This document shows positions 1 to 10,398 of a stretch of DNA of 64,000 nt, piece by piece. A program made the position numbers and the translations under genes. The notes below the pieces were generated by a model. That model saw nothing but the letters and a program-made list of their open reading frames with translations, did no database searches and had not been told where the DNA came from. Location of the stretch: contig JAVHLL010000006.1 in NCBI GenBank assembly GCA_031082155.1, positions 952-64,951 on the forward strand, read 5' to 3'. Numbering within the stretch: position 1 is the first letter of the stretch; every line of letters begins with the position of its first letter. The DNA is from Thermodesulfovibrionales bacterium. GTDB taxonomy: Bacteria; Nitrospirota; Thermodesulfovibrionia; Thermodesulfovibrionales; SM23-35.

Positions 1-150
1 GCTCTGTACATTGCAAAATCCCTCAGCCCCCATGCGAGGCCTTTCAGATTGAACAAACCCAGCGCCCCGCCGACAAGGATGCTGAAAGGGAGTTTTTTCC
101 ATTCATAGACTGCAGAGAGCGCAGCTGCAGCCACAAGGATTACTATGCTC
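1..150 (-). CDS. membrane protein, ATP synthase protein I (AtpI)-like; only the 5' part is in the window (gene continues past position 1)
   Basis: The minus-strand frame is open from about 150 to position 1. It reads ...LSIVILVAAAALSAVYEWKKLPFSILVGGALGLFNLKGLAWGLRDFAMYR, a hydrophobic sequence directly downstream of the AtpZ-like gene. The start codon is not resolved. Confidence 0.3.
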
Positions 151-153
151 AGC

Positions 154-390
154 TTATTTATTCTCTTTATCAGATCTGTCATCAATATTTTTTATCATGT
201 TGAACAGGTCTTTGAATCCGGCTGCAACGCCGAGCAATGCGAAGATAAACAGGAGCCAATGGCTCTCCATGCCGAACAGTTTCTCTAAAAAGTATCCTAT
301 GGCGCCGCCTATAACCGTAGCAATAACTATGTTCAGGCCAGCTGTACTGGCCTTCCACATTTGCTTTAAAATTGTTATGTCGAATATCAT
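154..390 (-). CDS. AtpZ/AtpI family small membrane protein (putative F0F1-ATPase-associated subunit)
   Basis: 78-aa ORF with two hydrophobic helices. TAGLNIVIATVIGGAIGYFLEKLFG...LLGVAAGFKDLFNMIK fits the AtpZ family pattern. Confidence 0.7.
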   Translation of the reverse strand: MIFDITILKQMWKASTAGLNIVIATVIGGAIGYFLEKLFGMESHWLLFIFALLGVAAGFKDLFNMIKNIDDRSDKENK

Positions 391-472
391 GGTTGGTTTG
401 GTAATCCATAAAACCCTTTAAAATCTCCCTTTCCGTTAAGAGGGGAAATAAGGGGAGTTGCGTTCTTTTGGT

Positions 473-1759
473 TCATCTGATTTCCAGGAGAGACTCGTAC
501 GCTGCCCGAATTGTCTTTTCTATGTCGTTCACTGAGTGTGCGAGAGAAATGAAGCCCGCCTCGAACTGCGAGGGAGCGATATATACTCCTTTTTTGAGCA
601 TGCTCAAAAAAAACTTGGCAAATCTGGCAGTATCCGATATCTTCGCAGTCTGATAATCGACTACCGGAGTATCCGTAAAATAAGTGCAGAACATCGTCCC
701 TGCACGGTAAAACCGCGTCTTCACCCCGGCTCTCTTTGCAGCATCGATAAGTCCTTTTTCCAGGAATGATGCTTTCTGCTCCAGTTTTGTATACGTATCC
801 TTTTTTGAGAGTATCTTCAGTGTCTCGATGCCCGCCGTCATTGCAAGCGGATTCCCTGACAGGGTGCCTGCCTGATACACAGGCCCTTCAGGTGATACCA
901 TTGCCATGATTTCCTTCTTGCCGCCGTATGCACCAACAGGGAGTCCTCCGCCGATAACCTTTCCCAGACAGGTCATATCGGGAGATATGCCGTAGTAAGC
1001 CTGAGCGCCGCCATAGGTCACCCGAAACCCTGTCATAACTTCATCGAAGATCAGGACGATGCCATGGGCCTTTGTGAGTTTTCTTAACGTTTCGAGAAAA
1101 CCGGGCTTCGGGAGAACACAGCCGATATTCCCGACAACGGGTTCGAGTATCACACATGCAAGAGATTTCCAGTTATTTCTGATAACTTTTTTGCAAGCAG
1201 AAATATCATTAAAAGGCACCGTGATGGTATTTTTCGCATAAGATCTTGGCACCCCCGGACTGTCGGGCACACCGAATGTAGTTGCTCCGGACCCTGCTTT
1301 GACAAGCAGTCCGTCAGCATGTCCGTGATAGCATCCTTCGAACTTGATTATTTTGTCCCGGCCCGTAAACCCGCGCGCAACCCTGATTGCGCTCATGGTT
1401 GCCTCGGTGCCTGAGTTCACCATCCTCACCTTGTCCATTGACGGATAGGCTTTCAGTACAAGTTCTGCGAGTTCAATCTCCAGGGAGGTTGGCGCCCCGT
1501 AGCTTGTACCTTTGTCCAGGGCTTTCCTGAGTGCGCTCAGGACTTTTGGATGGGCATGACCGAGTATCAAGGGCCCCCAGGAAAGGACATAATCTATATA
1601 CCTGTTCCCGTCAACATCATAGATCTTTGAACCTTGCCCCCTGGTAACAAACACCGGATTTCCCCCGACCGCGCGGAAAGCCCGCACCGGGCTGTTGACT
1701 CCTCCCGGGATAAGTTTGAGGGCTCTTTTATAGAGCCTGTGTGATTGAGTAAACCCCAT
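473..1759 (-). CDS. hemL: glutamate-1-semialdehyde 2,1-aminomutase
   Basis: 428-aa ORF with the N-terminus [25 protein letters not shown]. The body is a full-length class III aminotransferase, typical of HemL. Confidence 0.95.
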   Translation of the reverse strand: MGFTQSHRLYKRALKLIPGGVNSPVRAFRAVGGNPVFVTRGQGSKIYDVDGNRYIDYVLSWGPLILGHAHPKVLSALRKALDKGTSYGAPTSLEIELAELVLKAYPSMDKVRMVNSGTEATMSAIRVARGFTGRDKIIKFEGCYHGHADGLLVKAGSGATTFGVPDSPGVPRSYAKNTITVPFNDISACKKVIRNNWKSLACVILEPVVGNIGCVLPKPGFLETLRKLTKAHGIVLIFDEVMTGFRVTYGGAQAYYGISPDMTCLGKVIGGGLPVGAYGGKKEIMAMVSPEGPVYQAGTLSGNPLAMTAGIETLKILSKKDTYTKLEQKASFLEKGLIDAAKRAGVKTRFYRAGTMFCTYFTDTPVVDYQTAKISDTARFAKFFLSMLKKGVYIAPSQFEAGFISLAHSVNDIEKTIRAAYESLLEIR

Positions 1760-1893
1760 GAATATCCCCCTGTAATTGTTTTCAGGAATCTTTTTTTACT
1801 ATATCATACTGCAGCAACAATGATATCACTTTTCTGTATCAAAAAGAATGTATCTTATGCTATAAAAAGAAAATTTATTTTATGGGAGGATCT

Positions 1894-2835
1894 ATGAAAA
1901 GATTCACAATTGTGATAACCATTTTTCTCCTTTTTGCTTTCATCGGATGTGCAAAAAAGGGTGAACAGAAGGGGGCATATCTCGCAAAGGTCGGTAGCGC
2001 AAAGATCACGGAAGCTGACCTTGACCGTGAAATCAAAAACCTGCCCGAATTCGCGCAGAAGCTGTTTGAAGGCAGCGGGGGAAAGGAAAAGTTCCTCGAT
2101 GAACTCGTCAAGAAAGAACTCCTCTATCAGGAAGCCGTTAAGAAGGGCCTGGACAAAGATACCGAATACCTGAAAAAACTTGAGGACTTCAAGAAGCTCA
2201 CGCTTATCAGTGTTCTCCTCGAAAAACAGATTGAAGAAAAGACAAAGGTTTCAGACCAGGAAGTAAAAGATTATTATGAACAGCACAAAAATGATCTCGC
2301 AACAATCAGCAAGATGCGGGCCAGCCATATTCTGGTAAAAAGTGAGGACGAAGCGGGGAAAATACTGGCAAGGATAAAGAAAGGCGAAGATTTCGCAAAG
2401 ATCGCCGAAAAAAGCTCCCTTGATACCGGCACCGCGAAAAATGGCGGCGACCTGGGGTTTTTCTCTCAGGGGCAAATGGTTCCCGAGTTCGAGTCTGCGG
2501 CTGCCAAACTGAAAGCGGGCGAAATCAGTGAGCCGGTAAAAACACGCTTCGGGTACCATATCATCAAGGTAACCGACAAACAGATGGGTAAGCCGATAGA
2601 GTTCGAAAAGATTCAGAGCAACATCTACCAGCGCCTCGCAGCAGAAAAACAGAAGGAATTTTTCGATTCTTACATCAGTAACCTGAAAACCCAATATAAG
2701 GTTGAGATCAATAAAGATGCGGTAGCCAAACTGTCAGGAGGGCCTGCAACACAAGAAGAGCCGGTTGAACAGCCAGAGCAGAAACCTGAACAGACAGAAA
2801 CAGGGAAAGAAAAACAAGAGCCACAAAAGAAATAA
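1894..2835 (+). CDS. parvulin-type peptidyl-prolyl cis-trans isomerase lipoprotein (PrsA/SurA-like)
   Basis: Signal peptide with lipobox LFAFIGC. PpiC domain ASHILVKSEDEAGKILARIKKGEDFAKIAEKSSLD...GGDLGFFSQGQMVPEFE...FGYHIIKV. A GGAGGA RBS lies just before the ATG at 1894; the ORF-track start at 1882 contains that RBS. Confidence 0.85.
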   Translation: MKRFTIVITIFLLFAFIGCAKKGEQKGAYLAKVGSAKITEADLDREIKNLPEFAQKLFEGSGGKEKFLDELVKKELLYQEAVKKGLDKDTEYLKKLEDFKKLTLISVLLEKQIEEKTKVSDQEVKDYYEQHKNDLATISKMRASHILVKSEDEAGKILARIKKGEDFAKIAEKSSLDTGTAKNGGDLGFFSQGQMVPEFESAAAKLKAGEISEPVKTRFGYHIIKVTDKQMGKPIEFEKIQSNIYQRLAAEKQKEFFDSYISNLKTQYKVEINKDAVAKLSGGPATQEEPVEQPEQKPEQTETGKEKQEPQKK

Positions 2836-2846
2836 GCAAGGAAAAA

Positions 2847-2868
2847 CCCCGCGGTAAAAACCGCGGGG
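2847..2868 (+). terminator. GC-rich hairpin after the PPIase gene (terminator-like, no clear U-tract)
   Basis: ccccgcgg-taaaaa-ccgcgggg, an 8-bp perfect stem, lies 12 nt after the stop codon. Confidence 0.45.
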
Positions 2869-3056
2869 TATCAAACAGAAAACATGAAACTTGACACTCT
2901 TTGTCATTCCCCGACTTGATCGGTATGCGACTCATATAAAGGAAATCCGGGGCTAAGAAATCGGATTCTTCGGTTACGCAAGAGTAAGGTAAATAGAATT
3001 ATCAATGCAATGAAACAGTGCACACCAGCTGCGCTTTTCGAAATATTTAGCGGTGC

Positions 3057-3503
3057 ATGAAACCATTTAAAATCCTCGACATCTCAGGCGACATCGGCCT
3101 GAGATCTTTTGGCAAAACCGTTCAGGAAGCGTTCGTCAATGCCGCGATCGGGATGTACAGTCTCATTACCGATACCGGGAAAATTGAGGAGAAGAAATCA
3201 ATTGCTATCTCGCTTGAGAATGATTCGCTTGACAACCTTTTGGTTGCCTGGCTGAATGAACTTGTTTTCCATTTCGATGCATATGGATTTATCGGGAAAA
3301 AGATATTAATCACTGAATCAAATCTTCTGTCAGTTCAGTCAACAAACTCCACCTCCTACCAAATAGAGGCTGTTCTCTCAGGCGAGGATTTCGATCCGGA
3401 AAGACACGAGAGCCGCCTGCTGATCAAGGCAGCCACATATCATCGGCTCAGGATACGGAAATCGAATGATGTATGGAAGATTGATATTATCTTCGATATT
3501 TGA
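3057..3503 (+). CDS. archease (RtcB activator/chaperone family)
   Basis: 148-aa ORF. MKPFKILDISGDIGLRSFGKTVQEAFVNAAIGMYSLI and the C-terminal KAATYHRLRI match the archease family. It lies immediately upstream of rtcB. Confidence 0.85.
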   Translation: MKPFKILDISGDIGLRSFGKTVQEAFVNAAIGMYSLITDTGKIEEKKSIAISLENDSLDNLLVAWLNELVFHFDAYGFIGKKILITESNLLSVQSTNSTSYQIEAVLSGEDFDPERHESRLLIKAATYHRLRIRKSNDVWKIDIIFDI

Positions 3504-3567
3504 AGTGAAAGGCCCTTCCATTTTCAGTTAGAATAAAAAGAGAAACAACAAAAATAAGAAAGCCTAT

Positions 3568-5013
3568 ATGTCATTGGAAAAAATCAAAAGAATTGATCAA
3601 GCGAGGATAGAAATCCCTGCTGATTACAAAGAGGGGATGCACGTAAAGGGGATTATCTATGTCGATGAACTCCTTGAGAAAGAGCTTGAGCCGCAGGCAA
3701 TAGACCAGGTTGCAAATGTGGCAACGCTGCCCGGGATCGTCGGCGCTTCCTTGGCAATGCCTGACATTCATACAGGATACGGATTTGCAATCGGAGGGGT
3801 AGCGGCATTTGATCTCCAAGAAGGTATCGTATCACCCGGCGGGGTTGGGTACGATATAAACTGCGGAGTACGTCTCCTCAGGAGCAACCTTACCAGGCAG
3901 GAGGTCTTGCCCAAACTCGAGAATCTGGTGAGCCTTCTCTATTCAGAAATACCGTCAGGAGTCGGATCAAAGGGAAAGATACGGCTCGGCCCTGAAGACC
4001 AGAAAAAGATATTGGTCAGGGGCGCCCGCTGGGCTGTAGAACAGGGATTCGGGGATGCGGAAGATCTCCAGAAAATTGAATCAGGGGGTTGTATGGAAGG
4101 CGCCGACCCTTCTCTTATCAGCAATAAAGCATATGAGCGCGGCAGAGCGCAGCAGGGAACGCTTGGCTCTGGCAACCACTTCCTCGAAATACAGTATATC
4201 GATAAGATTTTTGATGAAAGGGCTGCAAACAGTCTCGGCCTTTTCAAAGACCACATTACGCTCATGATCCATACCGGTTCCCGTGGATTCGGACATCAGG
4301 TATGCACTGACTTTCTCCAAGTCATGGAGCGGGCTGCACAGAAATACCAGATTCCCTTGTACGACAAGGAGCTTGCCTGTGCCCCCTATGACAGCCCCGA
4401 TGCCCGTGATTATCTCGCAGCGATGAAGGCCGCCGCCAATTATGCCTGGGCAAACAGGCAGTGCATCATGCACTGGGCGCGGGAAGTTTTCATGAAACAG
4501 TTCGGCTTGCCTCCTGGGAAGCTTGGCATGAATTTAATATACGATGTCGCGCACAACATCGCGAAGATTGAGGAACATGAAATCAACTGCGTCAGTAGGA
4601 AGCTCATTGTCCACAGAAAGGGTGCAACTCGGGCATTTCCTCCCGGTCATCCGGAACTGCCGGATATATATAAACCTCTGGGACAACCAGTCCTTATTCC
4701 GGGAGACATGGGAAGGGCCTCCTTCGTTCTCCTTGGAACACAAAAGGCAATGGAGGAAACATTCGGGTCCACATGCCACGGAGCAGGAAGGCTCATGTCC
4801 AGGCATCAGGCGATAAGAAAGGCGAAGGGACGATCAATCCGGAGAGAGATGGAAGACAAAGGCATCATAGTGAGGTCTGCAGGCCGCGAGACCCTTGCCG
4901 AAGAGATGTCAGATGCATACAAGGACATTTCAAATGTCGTAGAGGTTGTCCATACAGCCGGCATCTCTACAAAGGTAGTTCGCCTTAAACCGCTTGGGGT
5001 GATAAAGGGATAA
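3568..5013 (+). CDS. rtcB: RNA-splicing ligase RtcB
   Basis: 481 aa with RtcB signature blocks GGVGYDINCGVRLL, GSGNHFLEIQ, HTGSRGFGHQV and CHGAGR. Confidence 0.95.
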   Translation: MSLEKIKRIDQARIEIPADYKEGMHVKGIIYVDELLEKELEPQAIDQVANVATLPGIVGASLAMPDIHTGYGFAIGGVAAFDLQEGIVSPGGVGYDINCGVRLLRSNLTRQEVLPKLENLVSLLYSEIPSGVGSKGKIRLGPEDQKKILVRGARWAVEQGFGDAEDLQKIESGGCMEGADPSLISNKAYERGRAQQGTLGSGNHFLEIQYIDKIFDERAANSLGLFKDHITLMIHTGSRGFGHQVCTDFLQVMERAAQKYQIPLYDKELACAPYDSPDARDYLAAMKAAANYAWANRQCIMHWAREVFMKQFGLPPGKLGMNLIYDVAHNIAKIEEHEINCVSRKLIVHRKGATRAFPPGHPELPDIYKPLGQPVLIPGDMGRASFVLLGTQKAMEETFGSTCHGAGRLMSRHQAIRKAKGRSIRREMEDKGIIVRSAGRETLAEEMSDAYKDISNVVEVVHTAGISTKVVRLKPLGVIKG

Positions 5014-5037
5014 GAAGAAATCCTGTTTTGCACCTGA

Positions 5038-6243
5038 TTATTTCAGAATCAGATACTGAACCACCGCTCCTGCAAAAACAATTACTCCTGCCGGGATCAT
5101 CATCTTGTACATCTTCCAGAGATCAGCCTTGAAGTATTCCCTTGTCAGGATAAGACAGACATGGACCGGCGACAGAAGAACACCGATGAGCCCTGATGCA
5201 AACGCGAATGAGATTGCAGCCACAGAGGTATTTTCGGTCAGACTTATCAGAAGCGGGAATGTGCTCCCCACGAAGCCTACCGTAATCCCCGTGAGAACAC
5301 CTGAAATAAAGGGGAGCAGGAAGAGGATAGGAGAAACAGGGATATTTTCCCCCAGGAAGAATTGGCTGAGATTTCTCACTGCTCCTGAATTCTCCATCGC
5401 CTCCTTAAAAAACATCACGCCGAGTATGAGGACAATGACATCAAGGGAAAACCCGTGTCTGAATGTGGCGAGAATATTTTTCGCGCGGTAGCGGTAAAAG
5501 AAAAAGAGGAACAGAACGACCGCAATCAGGGAATAATGGAGCTCTATGCGAAAAAGCATAACGAGCAGGAGCACCGAAACGATTGGAGCGAAACTCCATA
5601 TGCCATGTGCAGACATATGCTTTTCCGCAACTGTCCCCCCTCGCAGACCGTGCATGGCAAACATGAATCCGGTGATCACGAGAAGAGCGGCATATGCAGA
5701 ATTCGCCAGGATAAGATCATAGAGCTGTATCTTCGTAATCGCGGCTGCGAGCAGAATGCCGGGATACAATGGCAGGATATATTCCCATGGGTGTCTGAAC
5801 CAGTAGTTGACAAATCCTTTCTCCTCTGGGCTCATGCGGGTATCATTCGTCGTCTCCGCAACCATTGGGGCCGAAAAGTATGCCCCGCCCACCGAGGGCA
5901 TGAGCCCGATCAGGAGGGGCATCGAGATCGTTACGATTTTGCGGTTTCGAAAGACCGTTTTTACCGTATCCATCATCAGGGCAAGGACTTTATGCTCCCT
6001 GAGGATCATCTCAAAAATTCTGATAAACGATAATGCGAGGATGAGTTTGAGGGTAACCGGATTCGTGACCGTACTCCTGCATGTAGTCCATATCTTGTCC
6101 AGGGGCATCTTATAGAGCAAAATGAGGACAGAAGCTGCGAGAAACATGACAAATCCTATATTGAGCTTCTTCCTGAGGAGAATCATTATGGCTATGAAGA
6201 CCAGGAGGAGTTTTCCCACATCATACATGCACCATTTTAGCAT
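5038..6243 (-). CDS. DUF401 family integral membrane protein
   Basis: Polytopic membrane ORF. MPLLIGLMPSVGGAYFSAPMV...SPEEKGFVNYWFRHPWEYILPLYPG matches the DUF401 pattern. I chose the ATG at 6243 because GGAG lies 9 nt upstream; the ORF-track start is 6339. Confidence 0.7.
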   Translation of the reverse strand: MLKWCMYDVGKLLLVFIAIMILLRKKLNIGFVMFLAASVLILLYKMPLDKIWTTCRSTVTNPVTLKLILALSFIRIFEMILREHKVLALMMDTVKTVFRNRKIVTISMPLLIGLMPSVGGAYFSAPMVAETTNDTRMSPEEKGFVNYWFRHPWEYILPLYPGILLAAAITKIQLYDLILANSAYAALLVITGFMFAMHGLRGGTVAEKHMSAHGIWSFAPIVSVLLLVMLFRIELHYSLIAVVLFLFFFYRYRAKNILATFRHGFSLDVIVLILGVMFFKEAMENSGAVRNLSQFFLGENIPVSPILFLLPFISGVLTGITVGFVGSTFPLLISLTENTSVAAISFAFASGLIGVLLSPVHVCLILTREYFKADLWKMYKMMIPAGVIVFAGAVVQYLILK

Positions 6244-6752
6244 ATTTGATTCTCCGTACTTTGTGCATAACATATGCAACAGAATATATACACCTGTTGC
6301 AAAAAGGATACAGACACTCCTGCTGAACAGAACAGGCACCGGATATGGGGAAGTATTTATTTTTACAATAATTACAACAGGTTAGAAGCTGCAACGCTGA
6401 AAGAGCGTTTTTTTTATGATCTGGCCTCTTTTTTGCATTTTTGGTTATACGGTCTTTGACAAAATTGTCAGAACTTAATTATACTTTTGCTCATAAATTT
6501 CTTGACAAAATATTCAGAGTAATGATATAAATTTGTCAATATTTAGATTGATATACGGGTTTCTTATTACAGTGACAGTATTTAAATTAGGCAAAAGACC
6601 TCCGTTGGGGGTCTGCACCCTTTCATAAGGGAGGTGATAGAAAGTTTAGAGCAGATAGAGAATTTCTATAAATAGAGTGGTAAACCCGCCATAGGCGGAT
6701 CGAGTTAAGAATCATGGAAATTTCTCAATAATTAAATTAGGAGGGTTAGCAA

Positions 6753-8138
6753 GTGAGAAAATATCTGGTTTTAGTGTTAAGTTTGCTTTTCGTAATAAGT
6801 CTTGCAGCTACCGCCTCTGCTGAGGACAAGACCGATATTACAATCGGCGGAAAAATCCTCGTCAAAGGATGGTATGTTAAAAATGTCACCGGTATATCCG
6901 GATCGGATGAAGTCCCTACTGATTCAGAATCGCATGCCTTCTGGCACCAGAATGTCAATTTAACAGTTGATGCAAAGGTAGCTGACAATGTCCGTGGCTT
7001 CGTCGAAGTCGAGACAGCTACCGGCTCATCCGGCAAAAGCGGTCTCTGGTACTGGGGCGATGCAGGACGCGGTTATGATGCAAAACCGAATACAAACATC
7101 CTGATCAGACAGGCCTGGATTCAGTACACCGGTTCCGGCCTTCTCGGCATGCCTGCTGGAATCAAAATCGGCCATATGCCGATTTCAGTCGGCGAGAAAC
7201 AGTTCCTGAACAACGAAAGATTCGGCGACGACGCCCTTCTCGTCTGGGTAGACCCCATGAAGGAACTCCATGTCGCAGCGGGAACAGTAAAGCTCAATGA
7301 AGGCGGTACCATGCAGCATTGGGATGACCTTGACGGTTATGTTCTCCTGATGACCTACATGTGGGACAAAGACAATACTCTGGGAGCCAACTGGGTCTAT
7401 GCACACAGCGACGGCAATTGTCCTTCATTAGGTTCGGGAATCAATGTTGATGACCTCAATTTTCACAACATCGGTATTCACGGAAACGGCAAAATCGCCG
7501 GCTTAAGTTATGCGGCAGAAGCTGATATGCAGTTCGGCAAAGTCAAGGATATCCTCTTTTCAGGTGCAGACCTGAAAGCAAAAGGCTGGGCGGTCTTCGC
7601 AAAACTCGGCTATGCCCTCGATATGGTAAACCTGAGAGCGTCATTCGCATATGGCAGCGGTGACGACAATGCAAACGATGAAGACTGTGACGAATTCCAG
7701 ACCCTCCAGGGTTCTGATTATAACGCAACAGCCAGACTCGTACATTACACACAGATTTACGAGCGTACAGTCAGAACAGCAGCTCATGCTGCAGCCCTTA
7801 CCACAACAGTCGGCGGCAACACCACAAACACCGGCATCGCAAATACCACCTACTTCAACCTCGGAGTCGATGTCAACCCGATAAAAGAACTCAGCCTTTC
7901 TCTTGATGGCTTCTATCTGATAGCTTCAGAGACCGGCGCATGGGCAGATGACCTCGGCGTGGACGTTGACGACAGCCTCGGCTGGGAAATCGACACAAAG
8001 ATTTCATACAAGCTCGCAAAGAACCTCTCCTACTTCATAGAGGCCGGCTGGTTCAAACCGGATGATTTCTATACGGACATCGGTGCAGAAGATGAGACCG
8101 TTACACAGCTTATTCACGGTTTAGCGCTCACCTTCTAA
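6753..8138 (+). CDS. porin-like outer-membrane beta-barrel protein
   Basis: GTG start after an AGGAGGG RBS. Signal peptide MRKYLVLVLSLLFVISLAATASA. Alternating beta-strand-like sequence with a C-terminal ...GLALTF (terminal Phe) typical of OMPs. No specific family recognised. Confidence 0.6.
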   Translation: MRKYLVLVLSLLFVISLAATASAEDKTDITIGGKILVKGWYVKNVTGISGSDEVPTDSESHAFWHQNVNLTVDAKVADNVRGFVEVETATGSSGKSGLWYWGDAGRGYDAKPNTNILIRQAWIQYTGSGLLGMPAGIKIGHMPISVGEKQFLNNERFGDDALLVWVDPMKELHVAAGTVKLNEGGTMQHWDDLDGYVLLMTYMWDKDNTLGANWVYAHSDGNCPSLGSGINVDDLNFHNIGIHGNGKIAGLSYAAEADMQFGKVKDILFSGADLKAKGWAVFAKLGYALDMVNLRASFAYGSGDDNANDEDCDEFQTLQGSDYNATARLVHYTQIYERTVRTAAHAAALTTTVGGNTTNTGIANTTYFNLGVDVNPIKELSLSLDGFYLIASETGAWADDLGVDVDDSLGWEIDTKISYKLAKNLSYFIEAGWFKPDDFYTDIGAEDETVTQLIHGLALTF

Positions 8139-8161
8139 TTTATTCTGCATAAGGTGATCTC

Positions 8162-8194
8162 AAAGGGCGGCTCATATGAGCCGCCCTTTTTATT
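8162..8194 (+). terminator. rho-independent terminator of the porin gene
   Basis: aaagggcggctca-ta-tgagccgcccttt, a 13-bp perfect stem, is followed by a T-run. Confidence 0.85.
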
Positions 8195-8262
8195 GTCAAT
8201 GGAAAATCTTTTCTGATAAACTAGAGGTGAAAATCAATCTCATAATTCTTAACCTTTACCAT

Positions 8263-9252
8263 ATGAATTACCGCAAAATACTGAATAGTTTTAAAAAGAA
8301 ACGCATACTTGTCATCGGGGATATCATCCTCGACCGTTATATCTGGGGCAAGGTAAGCCGGATATCCCCTGAAGCGCCTGTCCCGGTTGTTGAGGTTACC
8401 GCTGAGGACTTTCTTCTCGGAGGCGCCTCGAACGTTGCGCATAATATCGTATCACTCGGCGGCAGTGCGACCCTTGCCGGTATTGCAGGGAATGACAGGG
8501 GGGGAGATATCCTCAGAAAAATGTTCGATGACAAAGGGATACAGCACGATGGCGTCCTATGGACATCCCGTCCAACAACCATGAAAACCCGTGTGATCGC
8601 TCACGGCCAGCAGGTCGTAAGATTCGACAGGGAAGAAAAGAACAAAGTCGACGGGAAGCTCTCTGCCCATCTTATCGGGCATATAAAAAAATCGCTTCCG
8701 GATTATAATGCGGTTATCATATCCGACTATAGAAAGGGTGTTATCTCCTCTGAACTTGTGAGAGAGATTGTAAGACTGGCAAAGCCAAAAAAAATATTTG
8801 TATCGGTTGATCCCAAGGTCGGCCATTTTCATTGCTATAGACTTGTTTCTCTCATTACCCCAAACGTCCAGGAGGCCTCGGCAGCGTCCGGCATAGAGAT
8901 CAGGGACGAAAAATCGCTTGTGACCGCAGGGAGGACCCTTCTGAAAAACCTGCGCTGTGATGCGGTCCTGATCACCAGAGGAGAGCATGGCATGAGCCTC
9001 TTCAAAAAAGACAAAGCAGTGCATATCCCTACCGTGGCAAAAAACGTGTATGATGTCACCGGTGCAGGGGATACGGTTATTGCAGTGTATACTCTTGCAC
9101 ACGCATCAGGAGCAAGTGCGGAAGAAGCTGCAGTCATTGCAAATCACAGTGCGGGCATCGTGGTAGGTGAAGTCGGAACTGCCGTGATTACCCAGGAACA
9201 ATTACGAAATTCATTTTCCTCTGTTCGTCGTAAGTTGAAGTCGTCGGCATAA
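8263..9252 (+). CDS. D-glycero-beta-D-manno-heptose-7-phosphate kinase (RfaE/HldE domain I, PfkB family)
   Basis: From the ATG at 8263: MNYRKILNSFKKKRILVIGDIILDRYIWGKVSRISPEAPVPVV...GGASNVAHN...DVTGAGDTV. The ORF-track start at 8176 lies inside the upstream terminator hairpin. Confidence 0.8.
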   Translation: MNYRKILNSFKKKRILVIGDIILDRYIWGKVSRISPEAPVPVVEVTAEDFLLGGASNVAHNIVSLGGSATLAGIAGNDRGGDILRKMFDDKGIQHDGVLWTSRPTTMKTRVIAHGQQVVRFDREEKNKVDGKLSAHLIGHIKKSLPDYNAVIISDYRKGVISSELVREIVRLAKPKKIFVSVDPKVGHFHCYRLVSLITPNVQEASAASGIEIRDEKSLVTAGRTLLKNLRCDAVLITRGEHGMSLFKKDKAVHIPTVAKNVYDVTGAGDTVIAVYTLAHASGASAEEAAVIANHSAGIVVGEVGTAVITQEQLRNSFSSVRRKLKSSA

Positions 9253-9323
9253 TCCCCGTTTTCAGGTATATCAAGGAACAAGTATTCATTGAGAATGAAC
9301 AAAACAGTGAGAGGAATTTCCAC

Positions 9324-10370
9324 ATGGCAAAAGCAGTAGCCCTCTGTTCAGGAGGTCTTGACAGTACCCTTGCGATCCTTTCAATTCTGAAACAGGGCAT
9401 TGAAGTCCATGCGTTGAAATTTATTACCCCCTTTGACTGTCACATACAGGGGGAAAGATCGGAGAAAGGAGATCCTTCCTCTCTGGCGGAAAAGTTCGGT
9501 TTTTCACTTATCTTCTGTGCTTTGGACACGCAGTTCCTCGCTATGGTCAAGAACCCACGGCACGGATACGGGAAAAACATGAATCCCTGTATCGACTGCA
9601 GGATCCTTATGTTGAGAGAGGCAAACAAAATTATGGAAGCTATCGGGGCGGACTTCCTTGTTACCGGAGAAGTGCTGGGACAGCGCCCGATGAGTCAGAG
9701 GAAAGACATGCTTTATCACATAGACAAGGAAACCGGGCTGAAAAACCTTGTGGTGAGACCGCTGAGCGCCAAGCTGCTCAGAACTACAATCCCCGAGGCC
9801 CAGGGAATCCTACAGAGAGAACTGCTCTATGGGTTCAGCGGCCGATCACGCAAACCACAGATCGCACTCGCGGCAGAATATGGCCTGAATGATTATCCTT
9901 CTCCTGCCGGCGGATGCCTGCTTACTGATCCGATATATGCTCACAGGCTGAAAGATCTTTTTGTTCATACCCCGTCTCCTTCCCTCATGGATATCGCACT
10001 GCTGAAAACAGGCAGGCATTTCCGGTTCTCTCCAACCTGTAAAATCGTGATCGGGAGGGACAAGAGCGAGAACACAAAGATAGAGTCTCTTCGCACAGAC
10101 ACTGATTTTCTTTTACGGGTTGAGGGATATGGAAGCCCGCTGGCGCTGGCAAGAGGTCAGGTTTCTGATGAGGCGTTAACCGTCGCTGCTTCTCTCTGCG
10201 CGCGGTATTCCGATGCGAAGAATGAAGAAGAAGTCCTGGTTTCGGTAATTCACCGCAGCAATTTCTCTTCGCTCAGGGTCACGTCTGCCGGGGATATGGC
10301 GGTTGAAGCATACAGGATAGAGAAGAGGAAAAGGTCTCTTGAGATTTCTCAGGCCGAGTTGTTAAGCTAA
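9324..10370 (+). CDS. PP-loop ATP pyrophosphatase family protein (tRNA thiolation-type enzyme, ThiI/MnmA-like)
   Basis: N-terminal PP-loop VALCSGGLDST. Cys-containing block NPCIDCRILM. GEVLGQRPMSQ block. The exact subfamily is not recognised. Confidence 0.6.
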   Translation: MAKAVALCSGGLDSTLAILSILKQGIEVHALKFITPFDCHIQGERSEKGDPSSLAEKFGFSLIFCALDTQFLAMVKNPRHGYGKNMNPCIDCRILMLREANKIMEAIGADFLVTGEVLGQRPMSQRKDMLYHIDKETGLKNLVVRPLSAKLLRTTIPEAQGILQRELLYGFSGRSRKPQIALAAEYGLNDYPSPAGGCLLTDPIYAHRLKDLFVHTPSPSLMDIALLKTGRHFRFSPTCKIVIGRDKSENTKIESLRTDTDFLLRVEGYGSPLALARGQVSDEALTVAASLCARYSDAKNEEEVLVSVIHRSNFSSLRVTSAGDMAVEAYRIEKRKRSLEISQAELLS

Positions 10371-10398
10371 TATATATAAAATTTCCCAAGGAGGTCAT

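Noticed and set aside
8176-8262. Upstream extension of the heptose kinase ORF (ORF-track start 8176).
   Set aside because: The first codons lie inside the porin terminator hairpin and encode non-homologous sequence. The conserved kinase N-terminus begins at the ATG at 8263.
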